In this document: piece by piece, positions 1 to 9,266 of the stretch
Numbering within the stretch: the first letter of the stretch is position 1
How the letters are laid out: the number at the start of each line of letters is the position of its first letter
Assembly (NCBI GenBank): GCA_035285545.1
Contig: JAYKGY010000028.1
Span: forward strand, 1 to 17,166
DNA: 17,166 bases
Source of the DNA: Snowella sp.
GTDB taxonomy: Bacteria; Cyanobacteriota; Cyanobacteriia; Cyanobacteriales; Microcystaceae
Direction: 5' to 3'
The notes under the pieces: generated by a model
Seen by the model: only the letters and a program-made list of their open reading frames with translations
Databases searched by the model: none
What the model was told of the DNA's origin: nothing
Translations under genes and position numbers: made by a program

Positions 1-124
1 TTAATCGTTTCCGAGGCATCCTTATTCGATGGGCCAAATCTTCTCAATCCTACTTGGGCTTTATTCAGATTGCTGCTTGTTTGATCATCGGCCGCAAACT
101 TCTCACATTTTTCGGATAGGTTCT
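1..124 (+). mobile_element. 3' end of an IS5-family insertion sequence (transposase C-terminus plus probable right terminal IR), cut by the window edge
   Basis: Frame 3 (3-119) reads NRFRGILIRWAKSSQSYLGFIQIAACLIIGRKLLTFFG*. This matches the C-terminal 'W(L/F)NRFRxLxIRWxK...YLxFxxxA' region of IS5-family DDE transposases. The stop overlaps TTTTCGGATAGGTTCT (109-124), which is followed by TAA and resembles an IS5-group end. Not in the ORF track. Confidence 0.75.
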
Positions 125-208
125 TAAAGCCCAAGCAAAATCCCCAATATCCAGCAAAATTAAAAATCCGTGATATTATTTGAAGCAACAATTGAATATT
201 AATTTCTA

Positions 209-237
209 TTGACAATTCTCTTTAATGTTTTTAGTCT
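209..237 (+). promoter_or_regulatory. Candidate sigma70-type promoter for ftsZ
   Basis: TTGACA (209-214), 17 bp spacer, TAGTCT (232-237), about 170 bp upstream of the probable ftsZ start. Confidence 0.45.
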
Positions 238-403
238 AAAAGACGGCATTATGGGGGAAAATATTCAGACAAACCTGGCACGCTAATTAGCTTCATCAAT
301 TCTCGACGGAGAGTGATTTTGCTAAGTGCCTTCTGCGATGAAGAGCGTGACCCAATATTTTACATTCAATAATTACCGTGCTCTAAAAACTGCTTATATT
401 ACA

Positions 404-1663
404 ATGACACTTAACCAAGAACATTCTTTAAACAATCTGCCCTTAAATATTGCCGAAGCGAGCGAATCTTCCATGAGCACGGAAACTCCACGCCCCCATG
501 CTGCCCCCATCCCGTTGAGTGCAAAATCAGAAACTGCTGCGACTCCTAAAAGTGAGCCGAAAAAGAACCAAATTTCACCCAGCAGTGTCGCCAAAATTAA
601 AGTGATCGGCGTAGGTGGGGGTGGGTGTAATGCTGTTAACCGCATGATTAATAGTGGGGTTACGGGGATTGAATTTTGGGCCATTAATACTGACGCTCAA
701 GCCTTAGTGCAATCAGCCGCACCTCACAAAATTCAAATGGGTCAGAAGCTGACTCGTGGATTAGGGGCAGGGGGAAATCCGGCCATTGGGCAAAAAGCGG
801 CCGAAGAATCCCGTGAAGAAATTGCTCACGCGCTAGAGAATACCGATCTTGTTTTTATTACAGCCGGAATGGGGGGCGGTACGGGCACAGGGGCAGCACC
901 GATTGTGGCAGAAATTGCCAAAGAAATGGGGTGTTTGACGGTATCGATTGTTACCCGCCCGTTTACCTTTGAGGGTCGTCGTCGGGCTTCCCAGGCGGAT
1001 GAAGGAATTAATGGGTTGCAATCCCGTGTTGATACGTTAATTGTGATTCCGAATAATCAATTATTAAGTGTAATCGCAGCGGATACGCCGATTCAAGAAG
1101 CCTTTCGGGTTGCTGATGATATTTTGCGGCAAGGGGTACAGGGGATTTCGGATATTATTACGATTCCTGGCTTAGTTAACGTGGATTTTGCGGATGTACG
1201 AGCTATCATGGCTGATGCGGGTTCGGCCCTCATGGGGATTGGCATTGGATCAGGTAAATCTCGCGCGAAAGAAAGTGCCTTGGCGGCCATTTCCTCCCCC
1301 TTGTTGGAATCGTCGATTAATGGGGCTAAAGGCGTTGTCTTTAACATCACGGGCGGCAAGGATTTAACGCTCCATGAAGTCAACGTCGCGGCAGAAACGA
1401 TTTATGATGTTGTCGATCCCAATGCCAATATTATTTTTGGGGCTGTTGTGGATGAAAAAATGCAAGGGGAAATTCGGATCACGGTTATTGCCACCGGTTT
1501 TAATGGTGAGGTTGCGAAAACCAAGGCGATCGATACTGCTATCGTGACCCCAACGGCACCCTCTACAATTTTGCCCACTCCTGTTGAGGAAGCTCCTCCT
1601 AAACAGCCACCAGGGTTAGATATTCCAGATTTTCTTCAGAAACGTCGTTTTCCTAGAAGCTAG
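404..1663 (+). CDS. ftsZ: Cell division protein FtsZ
   Basis: [17 protein letters not shown], tubulin signature GGGTGTG, VNVDFAD and C-terminal LDIPDFL. ATG 404 (MTLN...) fits cyanobacterial FtsZ N-termini better than the track's GTG at 326. Confidence 0.98.
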   Translation: MTLNQEHSLNNLPLNIAEASESSMSTETPRPHAAPIPLSAKSETAATPKSEPKKNQISPSSVAKIKVIGVGGGGCNAVNRMINSGVTGIEFWAINTDAQALVQSAAPHKIQMGQKLTRGLGAGGNPAIGQKAAEESREEIAHALENTDLVFITAGMGGGTGTGAAPIVAEIAKEMGCLTVSIVTRPFTFEGRRRASQADEGINGLQSRVDTLIVIPNNQLLSVIAADTPIQEAFRVADDILRQGVQGISDIITIPGLVNVDFADVRAIMADAGSALMGIGIGSGKSRAKESALAAISSPLLESSINGAKGVVFNITGGKDLTLHEVNVAAETIYDVVDPNANIIFGAVVDEKMQGEIRITVIATGFNGEVAKTKAIDTAIVTPTAPSTILPTPVEEAPPKQPPGLDIPDFLQKRRFPRS

Positions 1664-1720
1664 GACGAAAAACAAATTAGTTTGATGAATTTCTTTTTGA
1701 ATGCTCAATGGAATGGGATC

Positions 1721-2521
1721 TTAAAAGTCTGGGCGTTCAAATTGTTTTTGGTAGGCAAGATAAATGGCTTCTAAAAAGGTATTGGCTGAAATGCCATTGG
1801 GAAGTTCTTGCAGTTGAATCAAATCTTTGGCTTGGTAGGCTAATTTAACGCTGAGTTCCCGTCTGCTTTGGGGGATCATGGCTTCTCGGCGTTGTAGGTA
1901 TTCTCGAATGATGCCAAAATCTTCGGGTAATAATTCTGCGATCGCGGCATCCTGTAAAAGGATCTCAGCTAAGTTTTCAGCTTCCGGAGAGATCTTTAAT
2001 TTTTCTGATGACAAATTTTGGGCATCTTGGATTACTAGTGTCCCAGCGAGCCAATCGCCTAGACGTTTTTCCTGTTTCCCAAAAATAATAAAAAACGCGC
2101 CTAGCGAAAGAAAATCATCTATCGGACGCAACAAAGCTCTCAGGGTTGCTTGGGGTAATCCAATAGGGCGACTATCATCTCGAACGACGCGAATTTTAAC
2201 GATTCGTTTTCCTGGGGTTTGGCCTTGCCACAGGGTTTCAAAAAAGACAAAATATCCGACATAAATGGTAAACATAATTAATAATTGGATAGCCAGCAAC
2301 CAAAGCCCCAAAGTCGCTTCTGGAATCCAATTACTAATTTGAATAACTTCGTATAGAAAATAGGAAAATAAGGCTCCTCCAATCAAGGCTACGATTAAAA
2401 TTAACCCTAAAATAACTAGGTCAATTACCAAGGCGTAGGCTCGATTACCAATGCCTGCTAGGGTAAAATCTAATTCAACACTTTCAGGCGTTTGTAAAGA
2501 GACTTTGTTAAAGAAACGCAT
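1721..2521 (-). CDS. RDD family membrane protein
   Basis: TPESVELDFTLAGIGNRAYALVID, GQTPGKRIVKIRVV and KRLGDWLAGTLVI contain the conserved R, D, D residues and typical RDD motifs. Confidence 0.9.
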   Translation of the reverse strand: MRFFNKVSLQTPESVELDFTLAGIGNRAYALVIDLVILGLILIVALIGGALFSYFLYEVIQISNWIPEATLGLWLLAIQLLIMFTIYVGYFVFFETLWQGQTPGKRIVKIRVVRDDSRPIGLPQATLRALLRPIDDFLSLGAFFIIFGKQEKRLGDWLAGTLVIQDAQNLSSEKLKISPEAENLAEILLQDAAIAELLPEDFGIIREYLQRREAMIPQSRRELSVKLAYQAKDLIQLQELPNGISANTFLEAIYLAYQKQFERPDF

Positions 2522-2555
2522 AGCATTTACAGGATTTATCCAATGATTTTGTACC

Positions 2556-3356
2556 TTACTGAGCGCGATCGCTGAGGGATAACCCTAACCCTTCTTTGCG
2601 AGTCAGTAAGTCATAGTAAATGACCGCTTTGATCGATTGCCAAAAGGGAATAGCTAAGGCTCCTAATAAGATAGAAAGCACTAAGTTGATCAAATTGCCA
2701 ACGTTAGAATCGCCCAAAAAAACGGAGCCGATATTAGAAATTGCTGAAAACGGCAGCGTAATCAAAAAAGCAATGAAAAAAATGATTTGAATTTTAACAA
2801 CAAATCCTTGCGTTAATTTCCAACTCCGCCCAATCGCGTTAGTAATTTCTTTAACGTTATCGATCGCGATTCCCAAATCTGCAAAAGAGAGGCGAGAGAG
2901 CAACCAAATGTAAGCAAAAAGGAAAATAAACATAAATGCTAGGCTCAATAGCCCCAACAGTAGGGCTGCTCCAATATTGCTTTGAGCATTCGTTACGGTT
3001 CCGACCAACAATAGGGCAATCAGGATTCCAAAGACCGCAAAAAACGCCACAAAAATCAAAAATAGTAAAATGCCAAGCCCTAAAAATCGCCATAGCTTGG
3101 GCAAAACCTGACGGCGAGCATCCGTTAAGCTTTCTGGGGTTTCCATCACTTCAAAAAATGCTAATCGTGCGATGACACCCTGGATGGCAGCAAATTTGGC
3201 CCAACCATAGATAGGGATAATGAGCCATAAATAACTTTTTAAGGCTTCGATATAATAAATTTTAAAATTATCTCGATAAATACGTAGCCCTGCACTGACC
3301 ACATTCCCGACCGATAAGGGTTCGCTAACGGGACGCGGATTGAAATGATTAGCCAT
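2556..3356 (-). CDS. Conserved multi-pass membrane protein (DUF975/DUF7544-like, commonly next to RDD genes)
   Basis: PLSVGNVVSAGLRIYR start, several hydrophobic helices, AIGRSWKLTQG and YYDLLTRKEGL end motif. Confidence 0.75.
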   Translation of the reverse strand: MANHFNPRPVSEPLSVGNVVSAGLRIYRDNFKIYYIEALKSYLWLIIPIYGWAKFAAIQGVIARLAFFEVMETPESLTDARRQVLPKLWRFLGLGILLFLIFVAFFAVFGILIALLLVGTVTNAQSNIGAALLLGLLSLAFMFIFLFAYIWLLSRLSFADLGIAIDNVKEITNAIGRSWKLTQGFVVKIQIIFFIAFLITLPFSAISNIGSVFLGDSNVGNLINLVLSILLGALAIPFWQSIKAVIYYDLLTRKEGLGLSLSDRAQ

Positions 3357-3429
3357 TTACTTAATTAGAAATTGAATCTGTTTGGCCGATATTCTAAGCT
3401 AAATTTAGGTTATTCCCTATAAAACCTTT

Positions 3430-4389
3430 ATGAATATTCAACGTTGGATTGCTCGCCGCGAACCCGATTGGAAAATCTTAGAACAGTTACTCAACCAAGT
3501 TGAAAAAAAAGGATTAAAGTCACTACCGGCGGTCAAGCTTCAACAATTGGCGAGTCTATACCGCTCCATTGCGGCTGATTTAGCGAGGGCAAAAACCTAT
3601 CAAGTGGGTTCGGTTCTGATTCGAGATTTACAGCAATTAACCTCCCGTGCCTATAACCAAATTTATCAAGGGTCGCGTCGTCAAGAATGGCAATCGGTTC
3701 TCGATTTTTATCGGTGGCGTTTACCGACGGTCATTCAACAAACCTGGGGTTATACCGCAACGGCGATCGCGATTTTTGGGATCGGACTGTTAGTGGCTTG
3801 GTGGTATAGCTGGCAAGATCCCAGCTTTATGGCGTTAATCGTTCCTGAAGACTTGATTGTCAAAGTTCGAGATAAAGGGGAACTGTGGATGGGATCGATT
3901 GTGGGAACCGAACCGTTGGCCTCTAGCAATATCATGATGAATAATTTATCGGTGGCTTTTCGGGCTGTGGGTGGCGGGATTACGGCAGGGCTTTTTACGA
4001 TTTATGTTTTATTCTTTAACGGTTTACTCATCGGCGCGATCGCGGCTTTAGTCGGTCAAAATCATTTAGCCTATCCCTTTTGGGCGTTTGTTTTACCCCA
4101 TGGTTCATTAGAATTACCTGCTATTTTCTTCGCAGGGGGGGCAGGTTTACTCATTGGTAAAGCCTTATTGCTCCCTGGGCAATACCGTCGAGCCGATGCG
4201 TTAAAAATCTACGGCTTTCAAGCGGCTCAATTAGTTTTTGGTGTTGTTCCTTTACTCGTGATTGCAGGGATTATTGAAGGCTTTTTCTCGCCTAACCCTT
4301 TATTTCCTGATTTTATCAAATATATTACAGGAATCATTATTTTTATCAATCTTATTCTCTACTGTGGCCGACAAAAAATTCAAAGTTAA
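3430..4389 (+). CDS. Stage II sporulation protein M (SpoIIM/DUF95) family membrane protein
   Basis: LYRSIAADLA, IMMNNL, FNGLLIG, LPHGSLELPAI and AGIIEGFFS motifs. Divergent from the RDD operon across 73 bp. Confidence 0.9.
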   Translation: MNIQRWIARREPDWKILEQLLNQVEKKGLKSLPAVKLQQLASLYRSIAADLARAKTYQVGSVLIRDLQQLTSRAYNQIYQGSRRQEWQSVLDFYRWRLPTVIQQTWGYTATAIAIFGIGLLVAWWYSWQDPSFMALIVPEDLIVKVRDKGELWMGSIVGTEPLASSNIMMNNLSVAFRAVGGGITAGLFTIYVLFFNGLLIGAIAALVGQNHLAYPFWAFVLPHGSLELPAIFFAGGAGLLIGKALLLPGQYRRADALKIYGFQAAQLVFGVVPLLVIAGIIEGFFSPNPLFPDFIKYITGIIIFINLILYCGRQKIQS

Positions 4390-4474
4390 TGTATTTGAAT
4401 AATCAATTTTTTTATATTGGTCAAAATGGCTAAAATGATTAAAATAGCTAATATTGTTTTTAGGATCGTTAAAG

Positions 4475-4780
4475 ATGAAAACCTTGGGAGCTTCAGAAGC
4501 CAAAAACCGCTTTGGTGAACTCTTAGATTTAGCGCGAAGAGAACCCGTACAGATAGAAAAGAAAGGCTGTAGTCTTGCAGTTGTTTTATCAATTGAAGAA
4601 TTTGAGAGATTTTTAGATTTGGAAAATGAAATTTTGGCTTTAAAAGCAGAAAAGGCTCAACAGGAAGGATTTATTGGAACTTCTGAAAGTGAGGCTTTAT
4701 TATTCAGAGATTTTAAATGCTTAAAATCAACCTATCTCGACAAACGACTAAAGATTTCAAAAAGCTTTTTAGAGATTTAA
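4475..4780 (+). CDS. Phd/YefM family antitoxin, probably frameshifted near its C-terminus
   Basis: MKTLGASEAKNRFGELLDLARREPVQIEKKG...AVVLSIEEF is a typical Phd N-terminus (ATG 4475). A +1 frame from 4704 gives SEILNA* (stop 4722-4724), a more natural ending. Confidence 0.8.
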   Translation: MKTLGASEAKNRFGELLDLARREPVQIEKKGCSLAVVLSIEEFERFLDLENEILALKAEKAQQEGFIGTSESEALLFRDFKCLKSTYLDKRLKISKSFLEI

Positions 4781-4821
4781 ATATTTTAAATATTCTGTTA
4801 AATATACCAAAAATCATTTAA
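4717..4821 (+). pseudogene. Truncated RelE/ParE-type toxin remnant
   Basis: ATG 4717 overlaps the inferred ancestral antitoxin end (AATGCTTAA) and reads MLKINLSRQTTKDFKKL, a RelE-like N-terminus. It then runs into AT-rich sequence and stops at 34 aa. Confidence 0.55.
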
Positions 4822-4825
4822 TTTT

Positions 4826-5029
4826 ATGAAATACCAAGACATTATTACCATAGAACCAGGAAAAAGAAACGGAAAGCCCTGTATTCGAGGCATGAGAATT
4901 ACGGTTTATGACGTTCTTTCTTATCTCGCTTCTGGTATGACTTATGAAGAAATTTTAGAAGATTTCCCCTATTTAACGAAAGAAGATGTTTTAGCGTGTT
5001 TAAATTATGCGACAGATTATAAAATTTAA
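4826..5029 (+). CDS. DUF433 family protein (putative antitoxin), no partner toxin
   Basis: ITIEPGKRNGKPCIRGMRITVYDVLSYLASGMTYEEILEDFPYLTKEDVLACLNYA is a canonical DUF433 pattern. Confidence 0.9.
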   Translation: MKYQDIITIEPGKRNGKPCIRGMRITVYDVLSYLASGMTYEEILEDFPYLTKEDVLACLNYATDYKI

Positions 5030-5083
5030 AGATCTTTAGTAAAATAAAATTATTAGTATTTTCAAATTTAATTGAATAAAACC

Positions 5084-5620
5084 ATGATTCAAAATATTGA
5101 TTTTTTTAAAACATCTTTTCGTTTGTTGTTAAAATCTTTCTTGATAATTAGTCTTGCGATCGCGCTGGTTTTGCTGATGGCAACCCCTGTTTTCGCTGAA
5201 AATACCGTGGCCAACTATACCTACTCCGATATTCATGATCAGGATCTATCCAATCAAAAATTTGTTAAAGCCTCCTTTGCCGCAGCCGATATGCGGGGGG
5301 TAAACTTTGAAAATTCGGACTTATCCTTTGCCATTCTCACTGAAGGTATTTTATTAAACGCTAACCTTAAAAATGCTGACCTAAGCTCTGCCTTACTCGA
5401 CCGAGTAACCCTAGATTTTGCTGACTTAACCAATGCCATTTTAGTAGACGCGATCGCAACCCGTTCCCGTTTTTATGACACAAAGATCACAGGAGCCGAT
5501 TTTAGTAATGCCATTATTGATTCCTATCAAGTGACCCTAATGTGTGAACGAGCCGATGGCGTTAACCCCAAAACCGGAGTTGCTACTAGGGATAGTCTCG
5601 GTTGCCGTAATAAACGCTAA
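5084..5620 (+). CDS. Pentapeptide repeat protein, probably exported to the thylakoid lumen or periplasm
   Basis: Hydrophobic signal peptide ending PVFA|EN, A(D/N)LXX repeats, and C-terminal Cys pair ([22 protein letters not shown]). Start is ATG 5084 or TTG 5072. Confidence 0.9.
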   Translation: MIQNIDFFKTSFRLLLKSFLIISLAIALVLLMATPVFAENTVANYTYSDIHDQDLSNQKFVKASFAAADMRGVNFENSDLSFAILTEGILLNANLKNADLSSALLDRVTLDFADLTNAILVDAIATRSRFYDTKITGADFSNAIIDSYQVTLMCERADGVNPKTGVATRDSLGCRNKR

Positions 5621-5624
5621 AACT

Positions 5625-6854
5625 TTACAAATGGTCAAAAGATGCCAAAATCGTTTCCAACGCGATCGCTACATGAGTCCAATGGGTCGCGCCTTGGCAA
5701 AAGGCAATATAGGGTTCTCGTAATGGGCCATCGGCGGAAAATTCCGAAGTACTGCCATCAATAAACGATCCCCCTGCCATCACCACTTGACTTTCATAGC
5801 CAGGCATTTCCGCAGGAACAGGGTCAAGATAGGAACCAATAGGAGAAACCGACTGGATCGCCTTACAGAAAGTAATCAATTTTTCCGCGGAACCGAGTTT
5901 AATGGCTTGAATGACATCACGACGGGGAACTAAGGGCGCAGGACTGACCTCATAGCCTAACTTGTCGAACACGTAGGCCATTAGATGGGTTCCCTTAACC
6001 GCTTCGCCGACCATTTGTGGGGCGAGAAATAAGCCTTGGAACAGTAAACGATTTTGATCAAAGGTTGCTCCTCCTTCCGTGCCGATGCCTGGGGCCGTTA
6101 AACGACAGGCCGCCGCTTCCACGTATTCCGCTTTTCCTGCTAAATAGCCCCCTGCGGTAACAATCGTTCCCCCTGGATTTTTGATTAACGAACCTGCCAT
6201 TAAATCGGCTCCAACGGCTGTCGGCTCTTGGGTTTCGATAAATTCCCCGTAGCAATTATCGACAAAGCAAACCGTGTCGGGATTTTGTTGCTTAATAATA
6301 TGGATAATTTTTTCGATCTCGCTAATGGATAAACTGGAACGCCAGGAATAGCCACAGGAACGCTGAATCAAAGCCATGCGGGTGTTGGGCTTGATCGCAG
6401 TTTGTAAGCCGTGCCAATCCACCGTTCCTTCCTCGGTTAAGGGTAATTCCCGATAAGAGATGTTAAAATCAGCGAGAGAGCCTTGCCCCTGTCCTCTAAT
6501 ACCAATCACTTCTTCGAGCGTATCGTAGGGTGAACCAACGACAGCCAGCAACTCATCCCCTGGACGCAATACGCCATACAATGCACAAGCGATCGCATGG
6601 GTTCCAGAAACCAGTTGAACCCGAACGGCTGCCGCTTCTGCTCCCATAATTTGAGCAAAAACCTGATCCAGTGTCTCTCGTCCCAAATCATCGTGGCCAT
6701 ATCCACTCACACTCGCAAAGTGATGAACGCCGACCCGATGACTACGAAAGGCTTCTAAAACTTTTTGCAGATTTTGCTTGACCTTGGTGTCAATTTCCGA
6801 AAAGATCGGGATTAGTTTGTTTTGTGCCTCACTGAGGAGGGCTAAAGTATTCAT
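5625..6854 (-). CDS. Methionine gamma-lyase family / aluminium resistance protein (YnbB-like PLP enzyme)
   Basis: SGYGHDDLGRE, VSGTHAI, PYDTLEEVIG, VDNCYGEF, GSLIKNPGG (PLP lysine) and SADGPLREPY. Confidence 0.92.
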   Translation of the reverse strand: MNTLALLSEAQNKLIPIFSEIDTKVKQNLQKVLEAFRSHRVGVHHFASVSGYGHDDLGRETLDQVFAQIMGAEAAAVRVQLVSGTHAIACALYGVLRPGDELLAVVGSPYDTLEEVIGIRGQGQGSLADFNISYRELPLTEEGTVDWHGLQTAIKPNTRMALIQRSCGYSWRSSLSISEIEKIIHIIKQQNPDTVCFVDNCYGEFIETQEPTAVGADLMAGSLIKNPGGTIVTAGGYLAGKAEYVEAAACRLTAPGIGTEGGATFDQNRLLFQGLFLAPQMVGEAVKGTHLMAYVFDKLGYEVSPAPLVPRRDVIQAIKLGSAEKLITFCKAIQSVSPIGSYLDPVPAEMPGYESQVVMAGGSFIDGSTSEFSADGPLREPYIAFCQGATHWTHVAIALETILASFDHL

Positions 6855-7099
6855 GGGTGAATTAAGAGAGATCTAGTCCATACTAGATTCAACGCTTAAA
6901 AATGCCCAATGTCAAATCACTTTTTACAGGCTTTTGTTTATTCAGTTATGGTGCTTTAATCACCTTAAATTAGGATTAAAAATTCGGTTTATTACTTTTT
7001 TTAGCCATAAAATTCATAACTGGAAAAAACTTTTACTCAAATACTTAACTAAGCGCGATCGCGCGATTTGTTTGATTTCGTTTTTCTATAGGTTCTTAC

Positions 7100-7951
7100 A
7101 TGACTGCTGCGCTTCCGAACAGTTCAAATAATAATTTATCTCCCTCTTGGAGTGTTATTATTTATTTTCTCCTAATTCACCTCGTTGCTCTGTTAGCCTT
7201 GTTACCAAGTAACTTTAGCTGGCAAGCGGTTGGAGTTGCCTTTTTACTCTATTGGATCACGGGGGGAATTGGAATTACATTAGGTTTTCATCGTCTAGTT
7301 TCCCACCGCAGTTTTACTGCCCCTAAATGGGTAGAATATATCCTCATTTTTTGTGGAACATTAGCCTGTCAAGGCGGCCCCTTAGATTGGATTGGTTTAC
7401 ACCGGATGCACCACAAATTTTCCGATACAGCCCCCGATCCCCATGATTCTAATCGGGGTTTTTGGTGGAGTCATGTCGGTTGGATGCTTTACCATATCCC
7501 TGCTAACGATGAAGTTCCCCGCTACACCCAGGATATTGCTAATGATCCTTTTTACCAATTCTGTCAAAAATATCTAATTCTCATTCAAGTGGCATTAGGA
7601 TTAGTGCTTTTTGCCTTAGGCGGTTGGCCCTTTGTCATCTGGGGGATTTTTGTTCGTTTAGTCGTGGTTTTCCACTGCACTTGGTTAGTCAACAGCGCGA
7701 CCCATAAATTCGGTTATCAAAGCCATGAATCCCAGGATCAATCTCGCAATTGCTGGTGGGTTGCTTTATTAACCTTTGGGGAAGGTTGGCACAACAATCA
7801 CCACGCCTATCAATATTCTGCCCGTCATGGGTTGCAATGGTGGGAAGTGGATGTGACTTGGATGACTATTCGCCTATTAAACTTCCTCGGTTTAGCGTCT
7901 GATATTAAATTACCTCCCGTCAATAAATTGAAGCAGGACAGCGCGGCATAA
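7100..7951 (+). CDS. desC: Delta-9 acyl-lipid desaturase
   Basis: Three His boxes HRLVSH, HRMHH and HNNHH, plus TWLVNSATH and GEGWHNNHHA. Confidence 0.93.
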   Translation: MTAALPNSSNNNLSPSWSVIIYFLLIHLVALLALLPSNFSWQAVGVAFLLYWITGGIGITLGFHRLVSHRSFTAPKWVEYILIFCGTLACQGGPLDWIGLHRMHHKFSDTAPDPHDSNRGFWWSHVGWMLYHIPANDEVPRYTQDIANDPFYQFCQKYLILIQVALGLVLFALGGWPFVIWGIFVRLVVVFHCTWLVNSATHKFGYQSHESQDQSRNCWWVALLTFGEGWHNNHHAYQYSARHGLQWWEVDVTWMTIRLLNFLGLASDIKLPPVNKLKQDSAA

Positions 7952-7984
7952 ACCTTTTGATTTTCTAATCATTATTGACTATTG

Positions 7985-8016
7985 ACCTTCTGTTTTCCAG
8001 GCAGGAGGTTTTTATT
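7985..8016 (+). terminator. Probable intrinsic terminator of desC
   Basis: ACCTTCTGTTT-TCC-AGGCAGGAGGT stem (with G:U pairs) followed by TTTTATT, 33 bp after the stop. Confidence 0.6.
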
Positions 8017-8063
8017 GGTCAATTTTGCAAATTCTAAATTCAACTTTTCTATGGTTTCTCTTT

Positions 8064-8117
8064 AATGTGTTTGACAAGTTACGCTATGCTAACCTATCCT
8101 ACACACTCAGCGATCGC
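8064..8117 (-). repeat. Island repeat copy 1 (partial: REP-like hairpin part plus HIP1)
   Basis: aatgtgtttgacaagttacgctatgctaacctatcctac (8064-8102) aligns with the right half of copies 2-4. GCGATCGC follows at 8110-8117. Confidence 0.85.
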
Positions 8118-8129
8118 ACTTAAAGCAAG

Positions 8130-8390
8130 TTATTTGTAAATATCACTACGATGACCAATTTTGACAATTAAAATCATCAGTTGTTTATCCTGTATCTCAT
8201 AAATCACTCTATAAGATTTTGCAACCCGAATCCGATATAAAGAATCTGAATTTTTAAGCTTTTTACAGCCTTCTGGTCTGGCATTATCAGACAGTTCTTC
8301 AATTGCAGTAATAATAGTTGACTGAAGTTGTTTTGGTAGTTTACGAATTTGTCGTAGTGCAGCAGGTTTAAAGTTAATAACATAGGACAT
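8130..8390 (-). CDS. Type II toxin, RelE/ParE family
   Basis: MSYVINFKPAALRQIRKL...PEGCKKLK...YRIRV..YRVIYEI...KIGHRSDIY. Confidence 0.92.
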   Translation of the reverse strand: MSYVINFKPAALRQIRKLPKQLQSTIITAIEELSDNARPEGCKKLKNSDSLYRIRVAKSYRVIYEIQDKQLMILIVKIGHRSDIYK

Positions 8391-8395
8391 GGTAT

Positions 8396-8596
8396 TTATA
8401 ATCCTAATTCTTTTTTAACTTCTTCTAGGGAAATACAGCCTTCTTCAGCTAAAGCATTTTGAGCATCAATTAAATCTTCTTGTTCTTCTTCTTGGTCAAT
8501 TTTATTACGAAGAAAAAGGACAAAATCTAAGACTTCTCGATTACTATCTTCAGGAAGATAATCAAGGTTTTGCAGAATTGTTTCCTTAATGTTCAT
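8396..8596 (-). CDS. Putative antitoxin (DUF2281-like N-terminus, acidic C-terminus)
   Basis: LPEDSNREVLDFVLFL and ISLEEVKKELGL. Ends 5 bp before the RelE-type toxin start. Confidence 0.8.
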   Translation of the reverse strand: MNIKETILQNLDYLPEDSNREVLDFVLFLRNKIDQEEEQEDLIDAQNALAEEGCISLEEVKKELGL

Positions 8597-8646
8597 TTTA
8601 TTTCAATACAAAGCTATTTATCTTTATTTTATCGCTGGATCACGAG

Positions 8647-8721
8647 TCACAAAGAAGAGAACGCCAAGCGAAAACCGCAGGAATTGTAACTGCTGTCCGC
8701 CCAGTAACACCTTCGATACGC
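8647..8721 (-). pseudogene. Orphan C-terminal fragment of an FGE-sulfatase (SUMF1/CLec-fold) domain gene
   Basis: Minus frame reads AYRRCYWADSSYNSCGFRLAFSSL*, matching the terminal '(RS)AxR...D......GFR' motif. It has no start, and its 5' end is fused directly to repeat copy 2. Confidence 0.65.
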
Positions 8722-8807
8722 CAAATTTAGGAAAATTTTGCAATACACAAGCTTTAATTATCAATATTTTTGACGGTTTACGCTATGCTAACCCATCCTA
8801 CGCTATC
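8719..8807 (-). repeat. Island repeat copy 2
   Basis: cgccaaatttaggaaa...ttacgctatgctaacccatcctacgctatc. 9 mismatches in 89 nt against copy 3 by hand alignment, no gaps. Confidence 0.95.
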
Positions 8808-8852
8808 AGCGATCATACTAAATTGAATTCTTTAAGATCAGCGATCGCCTGC

Positions 8853-9266
8853 TCAATCTCTTAATAATGCTCGAAATCCCGCCTGCTGAAAATGGGTATC
8901 GGCAGTCAGTGCGTCAGAAATTCCTCGTTCCTGCATCACGACAAATGATATACAGTCAACTAAACCCCATTCTTTGTCTTCTCTTTGCTTAAATAAATTG
9001 AACGCTAATCTGTATAGGCTATTGCTTAACAAAACGACTTCAACACTCGGATCAGTTTTGAGGGATTCTAAAAGTTGGACTGCTGCCGCTCTGTATCTTT
9101 GCTTGGAAAGCGCATTACCGATCTCTAGCAAGATCGCTTGAGTTGTTACTAAATGGGTTTGGTTAATTTCAATTTGATTAGCAAGCTGAACAGCCCGTAT
9201 ATGATTTTGATCGGTAATGGAAGATAATGCGATCGCAAAAGATGTATCTAAAAAAACTTCAGTCAT
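8853..9266 (-). CDS. vapC: PIN domain toxin, VapC family
   Basis: VFLDTSFAIAL, ILLEIGN, GLVDCISF and ALTADTHFQQAGF carry the PIN acidic residues. Confidence 0.92.
   Translation of the reverse strand: MTEVFLDTSFAIALSSITDQNHIRAVQLANQIEINQTHLVTTQAILLEIGNALSKQRYRAAAVQLLESLKTDPSVEVVLLSNSLYRLAFNLFKQREDKEWGLVDCISFVVMQERGISDALTADTHFQQAGFRALLRD

Noticed and set aside
326..403. N-terminal extension of FtsZ from GTG 326
   Set aside because: MTLN at 404 matches typical cyanobacterial starts, so the extension is probably untranslated leader.
8589..8864. 91 aa plus-strand ORF
   Set aside because: It runs across repeat 2 and antisense to the FGE fragment, with no recognisable motif.
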